Shown here: positions 8,798 to 18,436 of the stretch, piece after piece | Position numbering within the stretch: the stretch's first letter is position 1 | How the letters are laid out: each line of letters starts with the position of its first letter | Source: Waddliaceae bacterium | Lineage (GTDB): Bacteria > Chlamydiota > Chlamydiia > Chlamydiales > SLFE01 | DNA: 64,000 nucleotides | Assembly: GCA_963771045.1 (NCBI GenBank) | Contig: CAVYRW010000003.1 | Location: forward strand, 15 to 64,014 | Direction: 5' to 3' | Program-made: the position numbers and the translations under genes | The notes under the pieces: model-generated | What the model was told of the DNA's origin: nothing | The model's input: only the letters and a program-made list of their open reading frames with translations | Database searches by the model: none

Positions 8798-10475
8798 TGG
8801 TCGCAAAGCAACATTATTTATGATGAGACAGGAAGTCTGATTTCGCGAGATGTTACCGACCAATGGGGTCTTAACCACTGTGAGTATTCTTATGACAAGC
8901 TTGACCAGCTTGTTTCTGAAGAGGGTATGGCAACCCATTCCTATACACACGATTCCATGAATAATCGCATTGTCTATGACGGCGGTGAGATTGCCATCAA
9001 TGACTTAAATCAGGTTTTAACCGCGAACGGCAAAACTTATGCTTATGATCTTGCGGGTAATCTTATTTTGGACAACGAAAGCTCCTATTTATATGACGCT
9101 CTTGACCGCCTTATCACAGTCGTCAAGAAGGAAGAAAAGTACCGCTACATCTACGATTCGCAAAACAGGCGAATCGCCAAGCAGAAATATTGCAAGACAA
9201 CCTCAGGTTGGAGTCTTGAGACGACAACAAAATTCCTTTATCAGGGCAGTTGCGAAGTAGGCAGTCTTGAAGGCGATGCGTTTACTTCTTTCCGCGCCCT
9301 TGGGGCCGGCCTCGGCGCAGAAATCGGAGCGGCCTTCGCTCTGGAGATCGAGGGAGTCGTTTATGCCCCCACTCACGACCAATCGGGAAGTGTCGTTGCT
9401 CTAGTCGACGCTCAAACAGGCGATCTTGTTCATGCCGCCAGATACAGCGCCTTTGGGCAAGTAGAAAAATCGCATGGACTCTCTCCTCCCTACCAGTTTT
9501 CCAGCAAACGGCTCGATCCCGAAACAGGGTGGATTTATTTCGGGCGCCGCTATTACGATTCCTCACTTGGGCGCTGGACCACTTGCGATCCGACAGGTTA
9601 CTCCGACGGCTTCAACCTCTACGCTTATGTTCATAATAATCCGCTCACTCATTTCGATGAGTATGGCCTTTTTGACGGGTATTGGGATCCAACACCCGAG
9701 GAAATAGGCATGTACGACCCCCGAGCGCAATTCCAGGGGATGAAAAATGCAGCAGTTTATCCCTTTACCTGTGCTTGCGATTTTAATTTTAAGTCCTTAA
9801 TCAACAATTCCATAGATGTTTTGTCTAATCCTCGGGTACAGGGATCTCTGCAAGCCTTTATAGGTGCTGCCGAGGCAAGTGCCGGAGGTTCGGCAATTTT
9901 CTGTTCAGGAGGACTTGCAGCTCCTGTTGGATGGCCCGTGTTTGCTCATGGCCTTGATCAATTTGTTGCCGGCATGAACACTGCGATCACAGGAAGAGAA
10001 ACAGCAACAATAACTGAACATCTTCTGCAAACAGCAGGAATGTCACCGCAAAGTGCATCCATCACAAATGATTTGTTAAGTGTTGTAGGTACGGTGGGAG
10101 CATCGTCTATAATTCAAGGAAGTAGGTTTCAGGCTTGTTCTCGTTTTCAACTTCCTAATGAATTTTCATCATTTACAAATTTCGGTAAACAAAATAAAGT
10201 ATTAAGGAAAAGATTTAGTCCTGATGAATTTGCAGATGGGGGGCATAGTGTTTTCAGAAAAAATCCAATAACTGGTAAGACAGAAAAATATCAAACATAT
10301 TGGCCCCAATCTAATCCAAGAAATCCAAATCCTTGGGAATTAGGAGTACGTTTTGATGGCTCAAGTCATTATCACAAGCATTTTAATAAAGTTACTGATA
10401 AATGGATAGAAACTCCTCATGTACATGATCCTTTCTTTCCAGGAGGCGTCAGATATCCACAAAGATGGGAGGTTC
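8798..10475 (+). CDS. orphan RHS core-end/toxin cassette 3; last 2 codons displaced by an IS1 insertion
   Basis: The open frame runs from 8786 and the track ORF spans 8927-10513. The tip is homologous to the RHS1 tip ('GGHSVFRKNPITGKTEKYQTYWPQSNP...ETPHVHDP'). The read-through tail 'RWSITCNAQFLN' is encoded by the IS end. Confidence 0.8.
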
Positions 10476-11301
10476 GGTGGTCCATAACATGTAATGCTCA
10501 ATTTTTGAATTGACATTGATTTCCTTGTGCGTTTTCCTTTGTTTCTAAAACGAATGGAGGACCCAAATGACACCCACTTGTCCTAACTGTAAATCCACCA
10601 GTATCAAAAAGAACGGCCATATTCACAGTGGAAAGCAAAATCATAGGTGTTTGTCTTGTGGAAGGCAATTCGTCATCGATCCTCAGCAAAAAATAATATC
10701 AGATGAGACAAAATCAAGAGTAAGACAGGCATTGCTTGAACGCGTTTCTCTCGAAGGTATTTGTAGAATCTTTGACGTCAGCATGCCCTGGCTTTTGAAT
10801 TTTATGAACAGAATAATCGAAGATCTTCCAGAAGATTTGAATGCGGATGTCACTGGAGAAGAAGAGTTTGAGGTAGCTATACTTGAGCTTGATGAACAGT
10901 GGAGCTATGTAGGAAAGAAAAAAAATCCAATATGGCTTTGGCTCGCATTTCATTCAGGTACACGACAGGTATTAGCTATGCATGTAGGAAAAAGAAATAA
11001 GCAAGCAGCGGAATCCTTATTAGCGAAGCTCCCCGAGGACTTAAAAAAAAAGCCGTCTTTTATACGGATAAGTTCTCAATCTACTACGAAGTCCTTCCTT
11101 GGGAACAACATCGCCCAGTCGGAAAGGAGTCAGGTAAGACAAGCTACATTGAGAGATTTAATAACACGCTCAGGCAGCGATGCTCAAGGCTAGTGAGAAA
11201 AACCCTTTCATTTTCAAAGAAAATTGAGAACCATATTGGCATGATAAAATATTTTATATGTGACTATAACCAGAGAAAAGCATTACAAGTTTAGGACTAC
11301 C
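10476..11301 (+). mobile_element. IS1-family insertion sequence (826 bp)
   Basis: Imperfect terminal IRs match 19/23: GGTGGTCCATAACATGTAATGCT versus the reverse complement GGTAGTCCTAAACTTGTAATGCT. It is flanked by an 8-bp direct repeat GGAGGTTC at 10468-10475 and 11302-11309. Confidence 0.85.
10567..11294 (+). CDS. IS1-family transposase, two frames joined at an A9 run (-1 shift needed)
   Basis: The N-terminal Zn finger is 'CPNCKSTSIKKNG...CLSCGRQF' and 'ELDEQWSYVGKKKN' resembles InsB. After A9 (11043-11051) the other frame reads 'AVFYTDKFSIYYEVLP...GKESGKTSYIERFNNTLRQRCSRLVRKTLSFSKK', which is also InsB-like. Confidence 0.8.
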
Positions 11302-11313
11302 GGAGGTTCCGTG

Positions 11314-11619
11314 ATGATAAAAGATCAGAATTTAATTTTATCGTTACAAGAGTGGTATTTTAGTAATTGCGATGGAGATTGGGAACATGATCAGAATGTA
11401 TTAATTGAAACTATTGACAATCCAGGATGGACAATTACTATTAAATTAGAAGGTACAATTTTAGAAAACCATAATTTTTTTGAAAAAAAAATAGATAGAA
11501 CTGAAAGTGATTGGTATTATTGTTGCATAGAAAATAATCAATTTAAGGGTGCCTGTGGACCGCTCAATATGCTGGAATTGATTCAAGTATTTAAAGATTT
11601 GATCGAGAAGGAAAAGTAA
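11314..11619 (+). CDS. immunity protein, Imm53-like (paralogue of 4003-4305)
   Basis: 'WYFSNCDGDWEHDQNVLIETIDNPGW'. Removing the IS restores an overlap of the toxin stop with the GTG/ATG start at 11311/11314. Confidence 0.7.
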   Translation: MIKDQNLILSLQEWYFSNCDGDWEHDQNVLIETIDNPGWTITIKLEGTILENHNFFEKKIDRTESDWYYCCIENNQFKGACGPLNMLELIQVFKDLIEKEK

Positions 11620-11657
11620 AAGGACCGAGTTAAAGACCTGAAAACAGGTCCGTGATA

Positions 11658-11706
11658 GGGCTGTGCTGTGAAAAAGGGCCGTGCTGTGAAAAAGGGCCGT
11701 GCTGTG
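11658..11706 (+). repeat. tandem copies of the junction motif (GTGAAAAAGGGCCGTGCT x2 plus a partial copy)
   Basis: Direct reading: 'GGGCTGTGCT GTGAAAAAGGGCCGTGCT GTGAAAAAGGGCCGTGCT GTG', immediately 5' of the intron start. Confidence 0.8.
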
Positions 11707-12256
11707 GTGTGACACGAACCTCATAAGCTTTAGCTCGTGAGGGAGCTGTATGGAAGATAGGGGAAGACCCCCTGATTCGGCTTTCAGGAGCAGAATCAAA
11801 CCACCTTAAGCTGCGAAGGCAAATTGCCGCACGTGGTGAGCGTTAAGGAAAAGGAGTGGAAATGACCATTTCAGGTGCATGTTAAGGAGATGAACGAAAG
11901 TGAACCACTGTATGAAAATGTCGTAAGGCCCTTAGAAGTCGTCAAAACTGGAAGCATCACGGCAGCATCCAGGACTAAAGCTCAAGGGAAACCTGAGTAC
12001 TGCTTGAGCGGCGGCCGGCATAGAGGTGGCATGAACTTAACATAGGCTTTCATATGGAACGTGTGAACTCGTCGTCGCAATGATAAGAGAGAAGCTCAAA
12101 GTGGAAGACCCACAAGAGCGAGAGTATCGATGTGCGGCACGGGGGCGGAACGACTCGTAGTAGTGATGAAGTTTCTGTAATGGAGATGGAGCGAAGGGGT
12201 CGTAAAGGGGGCCGGTCCCTGCATTGTGAATCACTCTTGAATAAAATTTTGCCGAG
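11707..12256 (+). mobile_element. group II intron 5' fragment, copy D
   Basis: 550 nt, near-identical to copies B and C. The upstream 6 nt GCTGTG still pair with CACGGC through one G-U. Confidence 0.65.
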
Positions 12257-13841
12257 TGGTCGCAAAGCAACATCACTTATGGCGAAACAGGAAATCTGAT
12301 TTCGCGAGATGTTACCGACCAATGGGGTCTTAATCACTGTGAGTATTCTTATGACAAGCTTGACCAGCTTGCTTCAGAAGAGGGTATGGCAACCCATTCC
12401 TACACACACGATTCCATCAATAATCGCATTGTCTATGACGGCGGTGAGATTGCCATCAATGACTTAAATCAGGTTTTAATCGCAAACGGCAAAACTTATG
12501 CTTATGATCTTGCGGGTAATCTTATTTTGGATAACGACAAGCTCCTATTTATATGACGCTCTTGACCGCCTTATCACAGTCGTCAAGAATGAAGAAAAGT
12601 ACCGCTACATCTATGATTCGCAAAACAGGCGAATCGTCAAGCAGAAATATTGCAAGACCTTCGATGATTGGAATCTTGAAGCGACAACCAAATTCCTTTA
12701 TCAGGATAGCTGCGAAGTAGGCAGTCTTGAAGGCGATGCGTTTACTTCTTTCCGCGCCCTTGGGGCCGGTCTCGGCGCAGAAATCGGAGCGGCCTTCGCT
12801 CTGGAGATCGAGGGAGTCGTTTATGCCCCCGCTCACAACCAATCGGGAAGTGTCATTGCTTTAGTGGATGCTCAAACAGGCGATTTCGTTCACGCTGCCA
12901 GATACAGCGCCTTCGGACAAGTTGAAAAATCGCATGGACTCTCCCCTCCCTACCAGTTTTCCAGCAAACGGCTTGATCCCGAAACGGGATGGATTTATTT
13001 CGGGCGCCGCTATTACGATTCCTCACTTGGACGCTGGACCACTTGCGATCCGACAGGTTACTCCGACGGCTTCAACCTCTACGCTTATGTTCACAATAAT
13101 CCGCTCACTCATTTCGATGAGTATGGCCTCTTTGACGGGTATTGGGATCCAACGCCTGAAGAAAGCGCAATGTTTAATGCTGAAGCGCAGCTGCAAGGGA
13201 TGAAATTTGGTGCATTGCAAGCACGAGATTTCTTTTTTGGTTGTACATATGAACTTGGAAACAGCTTGCATAGTGAATTCTGGGGTGATCCTAATGATCC
13301 AAATAGAGTGATTCCTATATCTCAAAGAAGCTTTACGGAAATCGGTTTACTTGCCGGCGGCACAGCCATCGAACTTTCCGCTGGAAAGGTTATCGGAGTT
13401 TGTGGAAGAGGAGTCAAATTCTTAGGAAAAGGGGCTTTAAAAATACCATATGTGAGAAAGACTGCTCAAGTTGCCATGAGAACTTTTGACGCTTTATGGA
13501 AAACAAGAAAGGCGGCAAAAGCTGTTCAAAAAGCAAAATTACCCAAAACACTCAGATTGAATGGGTTAAATTCCTTACCAAATTTCAAATATGATTTCGA
13601 TAGTCTTTCAAAAGCTGGAAAAGTTCCAGACCGTAATGGATTAACAAGAGCTGGAAGAGCACTAGATAAACATGGTAGTCGCAAAGGTAGTGTTTTCCCT
13701 AAGGCGACCGGAAATTCACATGCAAAAAATGCTCAAGGACAATATCATCTGGATGATATACTTACCAATCCTAATACTACGTTTTTGCCAAATAAATTTG
13801 ATGGCTTTGATTTTTTTGCTCTAAATAGAAAAAATGCTTGA
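12257..13841 (+). pseudogene. orphan RHS core-end/toxin cassette 4 (frameshifted core, intact tip)
   Basis: A +1 frameshift sits at about 12530-12545. ORF 12498-13841 is intact. It diverges from the other copies right after 'DEYGLFDGYWDPTPEE' (about 13163) into a unique tip of about 225 aa ('LTRAGRALDKHGSRKGSVFPKATGN'). Confidence 0.75.
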
Positions 13842-13878
13842 TTAATGAACGATAATTTATTAGGAGGTTTCTGGAACC

Positions 13879-14127
13879 ATGAAAAATAATAAATTTCGAT
13901 GTGTTATCTCAGGAGATTTGGATTATGAAGATCTCGTTGCTGACATATATTACGAAAATGAGTTTGTTGCGATGCTTAAGCAAGAACAGGGTTTCCAAAA
14001 TCTAGAAATAGAGATTCATCCTCCAAAGAATAGAGAATATTGGAATTTTTACTGGTCTGAGTTTAGCGAAGTAATAGAAAAAGCCAAGCAAAGACTTTGG
14101 GATTTGCGAAAGATTGACAATAGTTGA
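13879..14127 (+). CDS. putative immunity protein for cassette 4
   Basis: 82-aa ORF 37 nt downstream of the toxin stop, with a 'GGAGG' RBS. Confidence 0.5.
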   Translation: MKNNKFRCVISGDLDYEDLVADIYYENEFVAMLKQEQGFQNLEIEIHPPKNREYWNFYWSEFSEVIEKAKQRLWDLRKIDNS

Positions 14128-14161
14128 GTTTATCAGTCGTGGATTTTTATACCTTGTCTTT

Positions 14162-14292
14162 TGATAGGGCCTGATAGGGCCGTGCCTTGCATTGTGCATA
14201 ACTTTTCTTATGCACTTAGAAAGATTATTGCTTTAATGCAGCAAATATTTATGCACAATGCGCGGCACGGCCCCTTTACTCGGCCCCTTTAC
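14162..14292. repeat. palindromic element with about 40-bp inverted arms carrying the junction motif (intron-less state)
   Basis: The left arm is TGATAGGGCCTGATAGGGCCGTGCCTTGCATTGTGCATAA. The right arm in reverse complement is GTAAAGGGGCCGAGTAAAGGGGCCGTGCCGCGCATTGTGCATAA. There is also an inner hairpin GTGCATAA/TTATGCAC. Confidence 0.8.
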
Positions 14293-14569
14293 TTTCGCAA
14301 ACTACCGCTATGATAGGACAGGGAAACTCAAAAGGATTCACCAAATTGGTCTTGCGGGCCGAATCGGCATTAGCTATGATTTGATGGGGCGCGAAACTTC
14401 CCGCGATTCAAAATATTGGTCGCAAAGCAACATTATTTATGATGAAACAGGAAACCTCGTATCCTGCGACATTACCGACCAATGGGGTCTTAACCACTGT
14501 GAGTATTCTTATGACAAGCTTGACCAGATTGCTTCTGAAGAGAGTATGGCAACCCATTTTGGATCTTGA
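14293..14569 (+). pseudogene. terminal RHS core fragment (homologous to about 2206-2470 of RHS1)
   Basis: 'ANYRYDRTGKLKRIHQIGLAGRIGISYDLMGRETSRDSKYWSQSNIIYDETGNL...MATH', after which homology ends. Confidence 0.8.
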
Positions 14570-14689
14570 CGCTTTTTTCGATGTAGTCTTCATAGAGAAT
14601 TACGCAACACACCCGCAGCAATCTGGGTCTAAGAAATACACTTTTGTATATAATAATTAAGAAATATCTCAGTTATAAAGGAGATTAAT

Positions 14690-15823
14690 TTGAAAATTGT
14701 TGTTGCAGGCGGCGGGGCTGCCGGGTTTTTTGCGGCCATTGCAGCAAAGGAGACCTATCCGCACGCTGCAGTTATTCTACTTGAACGCGCAGCTAAGCTT
14801 CTAAGCAAAGTCCGTGTTTCCGGTGGTGGAAGATGCAACGTCACCCATGCTTGTTTCGATCCAAAAGAACTTGTTAAAAATTATCCGAGAGGTTCTAAAG
14901 AACTCTTAGGGCCATTTCACCGTTTTCAACCCGCAGACACAGTACAATGGTTTTCAGACCGGGGCGTCGAGCTAAAGACTGAAGATGATGGGCGGATGTT
15001 TCCCGTCACCGATTCCTCAGAGACCATTATTGACTGCTTGCTAGCGGAAGCCAATCGACTTGGGGTTATCATCCGGCTGCAAACGAAATTCAGCCTAGAC
15101 GAAATGGAAGCTGACCGCGTGATCCTTGCCACAGGCAGCGCTAAAGACGGCTTTGACATCGCTGCAAAGCTCGGACACACAATTCAACCGCCGGTCCCGT
15201 CGCTTTTCACCTTTAATATTCCTAATTTTCAGCTAGAATCAATAGCAGGGGTTTCCGTCGACAGCGTCCGTTTGAGTCTAGAAGGAAATAAACTCTTCCA
15301 AGAAGGTTCCATGCTCATTACGCATTGGGGATTTAGCGGTCCTGCCTCCTTGAAACTGTCTGCTTTCGGGGCGCGCTGCCTTGCTGAAAAAAATTATGAG
15401 ATTGGACTTTGCGTAGACTGGCTTCCCAATTTTTCAGTTGATGAATTAATGGCGCTTTTGGCGCTTGAAAATTCAACAAAAAAGCTGGGAAATATCAAAT
15501 CAATACCGCTGCCGAAAAGACTGTGGAAGCTTCTGTGCGGAAGGGAAAATCAGCTTTTAAGCGGCATGAGCAAACCTGCAATGCGCAAACTATTCGAAAA
15601 GCTGAAGTCTGATCGGTACCAAGTAAAGGGGAAAACAACGAATAAAGAAGAGTTTGTCACTTGCGGCGGTGTGACATTATCCGAGATTAATTTTAAAACT
15701 ATGGAGAGTAAAATCTATCCAGGACTCTATTTCTGCGGAGAAATCCTTGATATCGATGGGATTACCGGCGGCTTTAACTTCCAAAACGCCTGGACTACAG
15801 GATGGATCGCCGGGACAGCTTAG
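14690..15823 (+). CDS. NAD(P)/FAD-dependent oxidoreductase, HI0933/YhiN (BaiN-like) family
   Basis: The N-terminal 'VVAGGGAAGFFAAIAA' dinucleotide fold, 'RVSGGGRCNVTH' and the C-terminal 'GEILDIDGITGGFNFQ' are typical of the family. Confidence 0.85.
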   Translation: MKIVVAGGGAAGFFAAIAAKETYPHAAVILLERAAKLLSKVRVSGGGRCNVTHACFDPKELVKNYPRGSKELLGPFHRFQPADTVQWFSDRGVELKTEDDGRMFPVTDSSETIIDCLLAEANRLGVIIRLQTKFSLDEMEADRVILATGSAKDGFDIAAKLGHTIQPPVPSLFTFNIPNFQLESIAGVSVDSVRLSLEGNKLFQEGSMLITHWGFSGPASLKLSAFGARCLAEKNYEIGLCVDWLPNFSVDELMALLALENSTKKLGNIKSIPLPKRLWKLLCGRENQLLSGMSKPAMRKLFEKLKSDRYQVKGKTTNKEEFVTCGGVTLSEINFKTMESKIYPGLYFCGEILDIDGITGGFNFQNAWTTGWIAGTA

Positions 15824-15826
15824 AGG

Positions 15827-16792
15827 CTAACTCTTAATCTTCCAGCAACGGTGAATATTTTTCTTATTAAAATCTTCAGGGATCGTTCTATCGGATATCT
15901 CTTCGACCCTGCACAAGGGAAAAGCCCCTTCGTCAAAGGCAAATCTTCTATAATTAGTGCTGAAATAGATGACGCCATCCTTTTCAAGCAGCCTCAGAGC
16001 CAAAGTGATCAAGTTAACGTAATCCTTTTGAACATCAAACATTTCATTCATACGCTTTGATCGAGAAATTGTCGGCGGGTCAATCACAATAATGTCATAT
16101 TTTTTAACTTCATGCTCAAGAAACCGCATGCAGTCATCCCTGATAATGGGATTAGTCTTAGCAAGGAGATGGTTCAATTCAAAATTATCACGCCCCCAGG
16201 AAGTATAAGTATTTGACATGTCGACACTTTTTGTATAAACAGCCCCGGAAGCTGCAGCATGAACACTAAAAGAGCAGGTATAGGCAAATAGATTAAGAAG
16301 TCTTTTTCCCTTAGCCGCTGAAGCGACTATCCTTCTAGTCGTACGATGGTCGAGAAATAAACCGGTATCTAAATAGTCTTTGAGGTTAATTTTAAACTTG
16401 ACGCCATGCTCATGAGCAGTAAAAAACTCTTTATCTTCACCTCTTTTTTCGTACTGCTGCAGTTTGCGTCGACGAATCCTTGAGCGTGAGCAGATTTGAC
16501 AATCACCAAAAAGAGAGGTAAGAACTTCATCCACTTCGGAGGTGTCTAATTCGTCATCGCCGCGGCCTGAGGAGAAGTGCTGCACGCAAAACCGTCCGGC
16601 GTAAATATCGATGGCCAAAGGATATTCTTTAATATCTCGGTCATAGATTCGAAAACAGTCTGTGTTCGTCCGTTTAGCCCACCTGCGAAGGTGTTTGTAG
16701 TTTTTCCGGATGCGATTTTTAAGCGGCGAGCTTTTATCCTCTCCATCGCTTATATGAGGTAAAATCATGAGGTACTTGAAATTTACAGCCAA
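15827..16792 (-). CDS. class I SAM-dependent rRNA methyltransferase, RlmK (RlmL C-terminal half)-like
   Basis: Collinear with my recollection of the E. coli RlmKL C-terminal domain: 'NRIRKNYKHLRRWAKR..CFRIYDRDI.EYP', 'DYLDTGLFLDHR', 'IIVIDPPT'. Confidence 0.75.
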   Translation of the reverse strand: MAVNFKYLMILPHISDGEDKSSPLKNRIRKNYKHLRRWAKRTNTDCFRIYDRDIKEYPLAIDIYAGRFCVQHFSSGRGDDELDTSEVDEVLTSLFGDCQICSRSRIRRRKLQQYEKRGEDKEFFTAHEHGVKFKINLKDYLDTGLFLDHRTTRRIVASAAKGKRLLNLFAYTCSFSVHAAASGAVYTKSVDMSNTYTSWGRDNFELNHLLAKTNPIIRDDCMRFLEHEVKKYDIIVIDPPTISRSKRMNEMFDVQKDYVNLITLALRLLEKDGVIYFSTNYRRFAFDEGAFPLCRVEEISDRTIPEDFNKKNIHRCWKIKS

Positions 16793-16804
16793 ACGAAGTT
16801 ATGG

Positions 16805-17791
16805 CTAATTATTTGCTGTTGTAACACCATTTATTTGCGTAGGTGTTGTTTGCAATGCTTTATATATGCTTAAAGCTTGAGCTGTCATAGAACCAACATC
16901 ACTGACATTTGCAGGAAGAATGACATTCGTTCCTTCTTTGGCAAGTCCTTTGAAAGCATCTACATATTGCTCGGCAATACGAAAAGCGGCGGCATTTTCT
17001 CCCCCTTGCTCCTGAATTGCTGCAGCAACTTTCTTTATAGCCGTCGATGTGGCTTCAGCAACCAGTTTAAGGGCTTTAGACTCTCCTTCAGCGCGGTTAA
17101 TGAGTTCTTGCTGGGCTCCTTCAGACTCAAGGACGAGTCTTTGCTTTTCACCTTCGGCGTTGTTAATCTCTGCCTGGCGCTCCCCTTCGGATTGATTTAT
17201 AGCTGCCTGGCGAAGTCCTTCGGACTCAAGTATCCTTGCGCGCTTTTGTCTTTCTGCTGTCATTTGAAGCTCCATTGCCTTCCTGATATCATCAGGCATG
17301 TCTATGTCTTTAATCTCGTAGCGCATGCACTGAATACCCCATGCGGTGGCAGCTTCATTAATTGTTTGGACAATGTTACCATTGAGATGCTCGCGTTCTT
17401 CAAAGGTCTTATCTAAAGCAATTTTACCTATTTCGGAACGCATCGTTGTCTGAGCAAGCTGAGTTAAAGCATAGCGGGCATCTGTTACACCGTAGGTTGC
17501 TGAAACCGGATCAACAATCTTCATATATAGGATCCCGTCTAAGCGAACGCTCACGTTATCTTTTGTGATGGCAGTTTGTTCATGCACATCGACAGCCTCT
17601 TCTTTTAAAGAGTGTTTTTGAACAACACTGTCAATTACCGGTATGACAAGGTGAAGCCCTGCTTCAATTTTTTTATGAAATTTTCCTAAACGCTGCACAA
17701 CCCATGCTTGCTGCTGAGGAACAATCCTTATTCCTCTTAGCAAAATAAATGCAGCGATTAAAGCTATAATTAAGTATGCGGTAATATCCAT
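16805..17791 (-). CDS. SPFH/band-7 (stomatin-like) membrane protein
   Basis: An N-terminal TM is followed by the PHB domain ('GLHLVIPVIDSV', 'TKDNVSVRLDGILYMKI') and a coiled-coil tail. It overlaps the upstream nfeD by 1 nt. Confidence 0.9.
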   Translation of the reverse strand: MDITAYLIIALIAAFILLRGIRIVPQQQAWVVQRLGKFHKKIEAGLHLVIPVIDSVVQKHSLKEEAVDVHEQTAITKDNVSVRLDGILYMKIVDPVSATYGVTDARYALTQLAQTTMRSEIGKIALDKTFEEREHLNGNIVQTINEAATAWGIQCMRYEIKDIDMPDDIRKAMELQMTAERQKRARILESEGLRQAAINQSEGERQAEINNAEGEKQRLVLESEGAQQELINRAEGESKALKLVAEATSTAIKKVAAAIQEQGGENAAAFRIAEQYVDAFKGLAKEGTNVILPANVSDVGSMTAQALSIYKALQTTPTQINGVTTANN

Positions 17792-18255
17792 TATATATCT
17801 CCTTTTTCTGGTATAACAAAGGCAACATTTCCCTTCACTTCGACGATCGTTACTGATTGTCCCTCAATAAGTTTATCCAATTGACAACTCTTATGACATT
17901 TTGCGGGTAAAAAAGTTCCTGACCAACTAATCTTTCCTGTTTTTGTTTTATGTAAATTGCCGCCTGAAATTGTAGCTTGGCTGCCAACGATATCATAAAA
18001 TTTTTCCTCGGACCTGCTCTGAAATGGAAAACCAAATATCAGCCAGCTTAAAAATATATAGCCAGTAAAAAGCAGGCAAAAAACAATGATTTGCACATTT
18101 AACGAATCACTTGCAATAACACCTCTTTCGATCAAAACACCGACAGTTAATGCGGCAAAGCCAGTCAAGAGAGCGGTAAAATTAAAAATTCCGGTAATTT
18201 CTAAAATAATTAAAAATAAAGCTGTAACAAACCAAACAGTCATTACTGAAAACAT
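17791..18255 (-). CDS. NfeD-family membrane protein (SPFH partner)
   Basis: TM helices are followed by a C-terminal OB-like 'GQSVTIVEVKGNVAFVIP', and the gene is translationally coupled to the SPFH gene. Confidence 0.75.
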   Translation of the reverse strand: MFSVMTVWFVTALFLIILEITGIFNFTALLTGFAALTVGVLIERGVIASDSLNVQIIVFCLLFTGYIFLSWLIFGFPFQSRSEEKFYDIVGSQATISGGNLHKTKTGKISWSGTFLPAKCHKSCQLDKLIEGQSVTIVEVKGNVAFVIPEKGDI

Positions 18256-18436
18256 AATTTTCCAAAAAAAAATCGGGGGTTATGAATATATTAAAGACAC
18301 ATTATTAAAAAGTCAAGGCCATGACTTTCATATCACACTTGGCAGCGAGCAAATGGAGCTGCCTTCCTTGCCTGAAGAAGAGATCATTGATATCGATACT
18401 TTTTGAAGCGAGTGCTGCGTAAGCCTTGATATAAGG

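Noticed and set aside
4478-12256. Regularly spaced identical repeats separated by unique ~2-3 kb segments, considered as CRISPR-like or integron-like (junction motif as attC)
   Set aside because: The repeats are 550 nt and the intervening segments are protein-coding cassettes. No cas genes or integrase are present. The motif is better explained as an intron homing site within a palindromic element.
1-14569. Diversity-generating retroelement or retron as the source of toxin variability
   Set aside because: No reverse transcriptase ORF and no template/variable repeat pair are present. Variability is modular, as whole-tip replacement.
18086-18406. Plus-strand ORF of 106 aa
   Set aside because: It mostly overlaps nfeD on the opposite strand, has low-complexity hydrophobic content and no RBS.
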